Of a DNA stretch of 64,000 nt, positions 57,989-64,000 are shown one piece after another. The notes beneath the pieces are model-generated. The model had not been told where the DNA came from. It searched no databases and was given only the letters and a program-made list of their open reading frames with translations. The DNA comes from Tubiluchus corallicola (taxonomy: Eukaryota > Animalia > Priapulida), in assembly GCA_030141605.1 (NCBI GenBank), contig JAQGDQ010000405.1, positions 124,001-188,000 on the forward strand, in the 5' to 3' direction. The position numbers and the translations under genes are program-made. Within the stretch, counting starts at the first letter, position 1. Each line of letters starts with the position of its first letter.

Positions 57989-58710
57989 TGTGATAGCGCC
58001 CTATCTTCATGCCCTGTCGGACGTACTAGTGTACAAGCTTGACCTTTTATTTTGAATGCATGTGCAAGCCAAATAAACACTGCTTTACCTAACAATTTGT
58101 ATTCTTAACAATTCGATTAATATCAATACTAGCGAAGGCCCGCAAAAAATTTTGCATATAAATACACTTATAATCATTAATACGTGAACATCCTACACAG
58201 TCCTCATTTATAACACAAAGCCAGCAGCAGCTTTTACTGAATTAAAGTTATAAGGTTATAGACAGAGTATAATGGATGACCTCAGAACAATGGCTTTGCG
58301 TCAGCAGTTTTCTAAGCGAAAATCGTGTGAAATGGAACCTCCAATTAACTCATCACAGCTCCTCAGGAAGGAAGCGTCCTAAAATGTAGCCCACATCATC
58401 GTGTAGCCCTGTTCTTCCTCTTTCTAAAGAGCTTCCCCTTTCGAGAATTCCACCAGGCCCTGCTTTTTTCTCCAGGCTGTTTGGTCAAAATTTCGAAAAA
58501 ATCCGGAGTTGGGTCCGGGAAAACGTTTTTGCAAAACAACGACGGAAAAATGGCCATTTTGGAGGTTTTTCGACCACCCCCCTCCCCCATTCGTCGCGGT
58601 GGACCCGATTAAAAAAATAAACCCCCAATGGCAAGACACTAGATCGAGACCTTGCATTTGATATATAGATTGCCACAAATTGTGCCGCTGTCAAAGCTGT
58701 AGCTTCGAAT

Positions 58711-58748
<38 letters not shown>

Positions 58749-61700
58749 ACCGAAATTAATATATAGATGTTGCGACATTATAGTCTTGAGGTTATTTGAA
58801 CTTGAAATACTTCTTTAAGAGATGTAGCAGTTTAGTGTTGCATATCTACACTTGTGAAATTGGTTACAGGTAACCTAGTTATGTTTAGCGCATACTTATC
58901 TCTCATTGGTTATTTTAAAAATGCATAAACACAGGTGATTCCTAAAGGTCGTGGAGAAGTGAATTTCTCGATCTAGCTAGACAGTTGATACTAAAGTCTG
59001 TCCACACTGCTCAGTTCGAACATCTCTAACGAGATTAATTGAGATGTTTTGATTTATACTATTGTGGAACTTCCTCAAATGATATAAACGGAGTAGAAAC
59101 GGCTCGTTAATATGTTCAATGGAATACGGAACTTAATCTAGACTTGTATTGGCGAGACTCCCAGCAAGTTGGCAGACGGAGTCAAGCAAGCTATATCGTC
59201 ATATCACGAGGAAGCTGTGCTACCGTGTCAGTGGTGAGGCGAAGAGGTGGCGATCCGTGACGTGAGCTGCCAGCAGCTGTCGGAACTTAGTGGAATGGAA
59301 CGACGGATGGTATGGTACTGATTGATAACACATGGAATGGAATGTTGCAGATACGTTTACAATATGGAGTGATGAAACCATCATCATGGAATGGAAATGG
59401 AATAGCGACACAGTTAACACCAAGACTAGTGTTCTGACGTGGTAAACCCGGTACCGGTATGCTTGTAGCCTCATATACGCTTGTACAGTTTTGCTTTAAT
59501 GATCTGTGCACAGTTTTTTTTTAATGCGTATTATATTTGTAATTAAATAAAGCAATTGAATTTAATGCCTAGCTTCTTTAGATTAATTGAGATTGTCAAT
59601 CTGCAATTTTTCTTAAATACTACATCACAACAGTGACGACGATACACGTTAGGGAAATAACACAGAACCCATGACACGTGTTTCTGGAAAATCCGTGTTT
59701 CAGCTTATCACATCTTTAATTCGATGGTTAATAAATATCAATTTCTTTTATGAGGTGCGCTTTCGAGCCTAATTAAATAAATAGGTTCACAATCCTGACA
59801 AAAATAATCAAGAAATATATGTGCACCGTCACAAAATAGTGTCAGAATTGCTGCTCCGTGTTTAATAGTTTCTTGTTTTGTACATTACTCGTTACTGTTG
59901 AGATAGTGCGCTCGTGCGAGATAGTACAGTTGGCTAGTGCGAATAGTCTTGCTTTTGATATTTCATCAGGTGCATATAGACCTATGCTTCTACAGTGTTT
60001 GATATTCGCATGTAATTTAAATCATTATTTTGCTACCTGATATCGGCAGTTATCTTTTCTTAATTGAATTATTGACATAGAGTAAACATATCCATCGAGT
60101 AACAATCAAATTCTGTTTTTTGCTAATTCACATTCTATCTTTTTAGATCTTATTCAGTAGATTGGCACTCCTGTTCCATATTGAGTTTGGCTTCATTGCT
60201 TTATAAACCTGGGGGGAAGCCCTATAGTGCGGTCTGCTGGCACGGAATTTTGCTAAGTGTTTATGCTGCAGCCCTTACCCAAGCAGAACAGTTTTTGCGG
60301 TTTTGTAAGCAATTTTGTTTTACATTGAACAGTACGCATATTGAACTGTACGTGTGGGATTGATGGTTTGATAATTCAAGGTTACTCTCTATGCTTAATT
60401 TTAAAAGGGTCGCTCTAGTATATTAGCATTGAATTTTTCTGTATTTACCATATTAACATATAGTAGCATGGCCGAGAGGAAGTTTACCATAAGTTGGTTA
60501 ATGGACCAAACTAAAGAAGAATTGCAAGTAATCGCTAACGAGTTGTCTTTATTTAATTGATGCAAAGGAAAGGAAGGGGACTTTTTTGAACAAATTTTTT
60601 AGGCGGCTGGAGTAGTTGTGCAAAAAGTAAGTTCAGCAGAGACAGATTCAGATGGCACAGTGCTAGAAAACCCAGCTGATACAAAGGGAATTTACACCAT
60701 AGGAGGCGCTATAGATGTTGCACTTTCTGATGAATCTGGTGTGAAGAACAAACAACAACAAACTCAACCCATGCGATGGAAAAGGAGAACCTTCAGCCTA
60801 CAACTTTGTTAGCCCCAGCGGAAGATGTGCTTGCCACAACTTGGTTACCTTCCCAAGTACAAGGAACTCTCGTACTTCACCCACCTCTGTTTGACTTACC
60901 TAAGCCTGCTAGTGTTAGTCTCAACTCTCTTTCTGCTGTTGATTCATAGGTTGCAAAATCCTTTTTAATACTACAACAGCAACAGCTCAGATACGAGCAT
61001 TATAAATGGACCACAAAAGGCGAATGGTAGAATGGGTGCTTCGTTAGGTCCTGCTTTGAGCGGCAGAGCCGCTCATGCTTTCCAACAATTTGCGGCGGAA
61101 GATATACAAAACTACAGTGTCGTGCGCAAGGCATTGTTGGCAGCGTATATACTTACCCCGAGTGTATATTTGGAATGTTTCCGGGCTATGAAAAAGTTGA
61201 ACGAGTAGAATTATAAACAATTTTTTCAAAGACTTGAGAGGGGTGTTAATGATTGGTTAGAAGCCATTGAGGTTACCACATTCCAATGGCTCAGGGAGGC
61301 AATGATTATGGAACAAGGTTTATCACGCATGCCTCGTGATCTAGTAACTTGGTTACGTCGGGAGAATCCTTAGACAATTGCAGAGATGGCAGAAAGTGCT
61401 GATCGCTATGTTGCCCCCAATGCACCCATGGTGTTGGGGAAGCCAGTCGAATCTCAGCAAAAACAAAGCAAATGGGCTGGTAACCAGACCAGTCGTAATA
61501 TAGGTAAGAAAAACGCGAATGAGAAAGGCACAAGCGTAAAAATTATATGTTATACCTGCGGGAAACCTTGTCATAAAAGTACTGCTTGTAGGTCTCGCCT
61601 TTCAAATGAGTGCTCTAGCAAAACAAAAATACTAGTGGTAGGCAGTACTAATGTGAAACCGAGAAAAATGTTACTGTTTTAAAACATAGTACAAATGCTC

Positions 61701-64000
61701 AAAATTATGAGGTGCCTGAGCATACTTTGACATTTTGTTTTTCGGCAACTATTAATGGTATAACTGCCCATGGTCAGCGAGACACGGGTGCCAGCTGGGA
61801 GTTTACTAAACTCAAAACTTTTCCATCCAAACCAGTTTCTAGAAAGACCGCCACAGCAAATAACTTGCATACATAATCATGCTGCCTACTGCGACTTAGC
61901 TAAAATTGAAATTATTACACCAAACTTTTCTGGCTTTTTGATCGTTTGTGTTAAACCTGATTCGCCAATTGATTTTTTACTTTTTAATAACTATGAGTCT
62001 GTTTTGCGACCTTTTGGTAAGCAGTCAAAACATAAAGCTACTGAAATTTCAAATGCAATTAAACATTTGAAAGGTGGTTCACTGCAGCATCCATTGGAAA
62101 ATCCTGCTTATGTATTAACCTGCTCTAAAAATGCTCAGCTTAAAATTGATGAAGGATTGCAACCAGAGGTTACGGCAGCAGGTATCCTGCCCTGCTGAAC
62201 AAGTCGATAGCCTAGAGGTAGGTGACTCGCCTTTGCAAAAACGTGATTCTCTGTTGAACGTAAGCAGAGAAGAATTAAAAAGAGAGCAACAAGATAAGTC
62301 TACGTAATTTATTTGATAATGCCTCAACGGAGAAGGAAGCTTGCAAGACAGGTTGAGTCGCTGCTAAAATGTTGAGTTAAAGCGACAAAATTTGCATTTT
62401 TGTACTTAATTTCACCCGTGCAAGAAAATCAGCTTAGACACTTAACTGATGCACGAGCCTTTGGTCATCTTTTAATGCATTTTGATATAGTAGTTTAAAC
62501 TACGTTTCTTTGGCTTGTAGCCAAGCTCTACGCTCTACGTCCAATAAGTAGTCTCATAAATAGAAAATTTTACAAACATAAATGGCTTCTCTTTGATACT
62601 TTCATGTATAGTACTATTTGCTTACTTCACGACCTGTCCAGGGTTCAAGGTAATTTTGTTTTCGTGAAACTATCTACTGTAAACATTTCGCTTGACTTGA
62701 TGTGTATTTGTGTTTTGAGTTATCCTGTATAAAATGATAATTCTGATGTGTATAGTGTGAAGCGAATTGAATTCGAGGTTTATTAATTTGTATTTGTGTT
62801 TCCATCAAGTCTGGACAGTGTACTTTTTAAGATTATATTCCAAAATCTTTTGTTTGGGAAGCTTTGTGATAGCGCCCTATCGGACGTACTACTGTCCAAG
62901 CTTGACCTTTTATTTTGAATGCGTGCACAAGCCAATTAAACACTGCCTTACCTAACAATTTGTATTCTTAACAATTAGATTAATATCAATATGTTGCGAC
63001 ATTGTAGTCTTGAGTTTATTTGAACTTAAAATACTTCTTTAAGAGATGAAGCAGTTTAGTTTTGTATATGTACAGTTGTAAAATCGGTACAGGTAACCTA
63101 GTTATGTTTAGCGCATACTTGTCTCTCATTCGTTATTTTAAAAATACATAAACACAGGTGATTCCTATAGGTCGTGGAGAAGTGAATTTCTCGATCTAGC
63201 TAGACAGTTGATACTTGGTTTTTGAGCATATCGTAACGTGTGTCAGGCACGTCTAAAGTCTGTCCACACTGCTCAGTTCGAACATCTTTAACAAGATTGA
63301 GATGTTTTGATTTATACTATTGTGGAAGTTCCTCAAATGATATAAACGGAGTAGAAACGGCTCGTTAATATGTTCAATGGAATACGGAACTTAATCTAGA
63401 CTTGTATTGGCGAGACTCCCAGCAAGTTGGCAGATGGAGTCAAGCAAGCTATATCGTCGTATCACGAGGAAGCTGTAGCTACCGTGTCAGTGGTGAGGCG
63501 AAGAGGTGTCGATCTGTGACGTGAGCTGCCAGCAGCTGTCGGAACTTGGTGGAATCGAACGACGGATCGATAACACATGGAATGGAATGGAATGGAATGT
63601 TGTAGATACGTTTACAATATGGAGTGATGAAACCATCGTCATGGACTGGAAATGGAATAGCGACGCAGTTAACGCCAAGACTGGAGCTCTGACGTGGTAA
63701 ACCCGGTACCGGTATGCTTGTAGCCTCATATACACTTGTACAGTTTTGCTTTAATGATCTGTGCACAGTTTTTTTTATGTGTATCATATTTGTAATTAAA
63801 TAAAGTAATTGAATTTAATGCATAGCTTCTTCAGATTAATTGAGATTGTCAATCAGCAATTTTTCCTAAATACTACATCACAACAGTGGTGACGTTTCAC
63901 GTTAAGGAAATAATACAGAACCCATAACACGTGTTTTAGGAAAATCCGTGTTGCGGCTTATCACATCTTTGATTCGATGGTTAATAAAAATCAATTTCTT
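57989..64000 (+). mobile_element. Non-autonomous Gypsy LTR element with ~1.2-kb LTRs (5' LTR 57989-59833 including a Helitron insertion; 3' LTR 62865 to beyond window end)
   Basis: Both LTRs start TGTGATAGCGCCCTATC; the 5' LTR ends GTCACA, followed by PBS-like TAGTGTCAGAATT (59837-59849). Internal remnants: SCAN/capsid-like WLEAIEVTTFQWLREAMIMEQ, knuckle CYTCGKPCHKSTAC, protease RDTGAS (~61780). No RT or integrase seen. Confidence 0.85.
58129..58767 (-). mobile_element. Helitron family A copy inserted in the Gypsy 5' LTR
   Basis: Filled site TATCAATA|CTAG...TAGA|TGTTGCGAC versus empty site TATCAATA^TGTTGCGAC in the 3' LTR (~62991): A^T insertion with no TSD. Confidence 0.93.

Noticed and set aside
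59220-59511. ORFs duplicated at 63479-63787
   Set aside because: They lie in the two Gypsy LTRs, differ by indels and show no domain motifs.
55325-64000. Remaining MG8/GPI-signal exons of the CD109-like gene
   Set aside because: No SNMA-type exon could be identified. The region is LINE/Gypsy sequence, so the gene probably continues beyond the window.

Overview
AT-rich animal (invertebrate-type) genomic DNA, not prokaryotic. The backbone is the middle and 3' part of one large + strand gene of the alpha-2-macroglobulin/thioester-protein family, most like CD109/invertebrate TEP. I could splice 19 GT-AG exons (1152-55324) into one phase-consistent frame of about 1255 codons. It carries FPETW, a variant thioester ACGEQ, a C3-type catalytic His, a multi-basic furin site and several unusual 21-bp G/Q/K-rich coding repeat expansions. 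The introns are packed with mobile DNA: hAT remnants, a Rex1/Babar-like LINE interrupted by a THAP/P element, CR1/L2-type LINE fragments, TIR MITEs, two families of non-autonomous Helitrons in tandem arrays, and a deleted Gypsy element with ~1.2-kb LTRs. The standout is a BEL/Pao LTR retrotransposon (22840-29134, minus strand, CTGAT target-site duplication). Its gag contains an intronless, apparently catalytically intact glycogenin (GT8) domain in frame with capsid, zinc knuckles and protease, while pol is frameshifted and internally deleted. All coordinates were read by eye and no database search was run.
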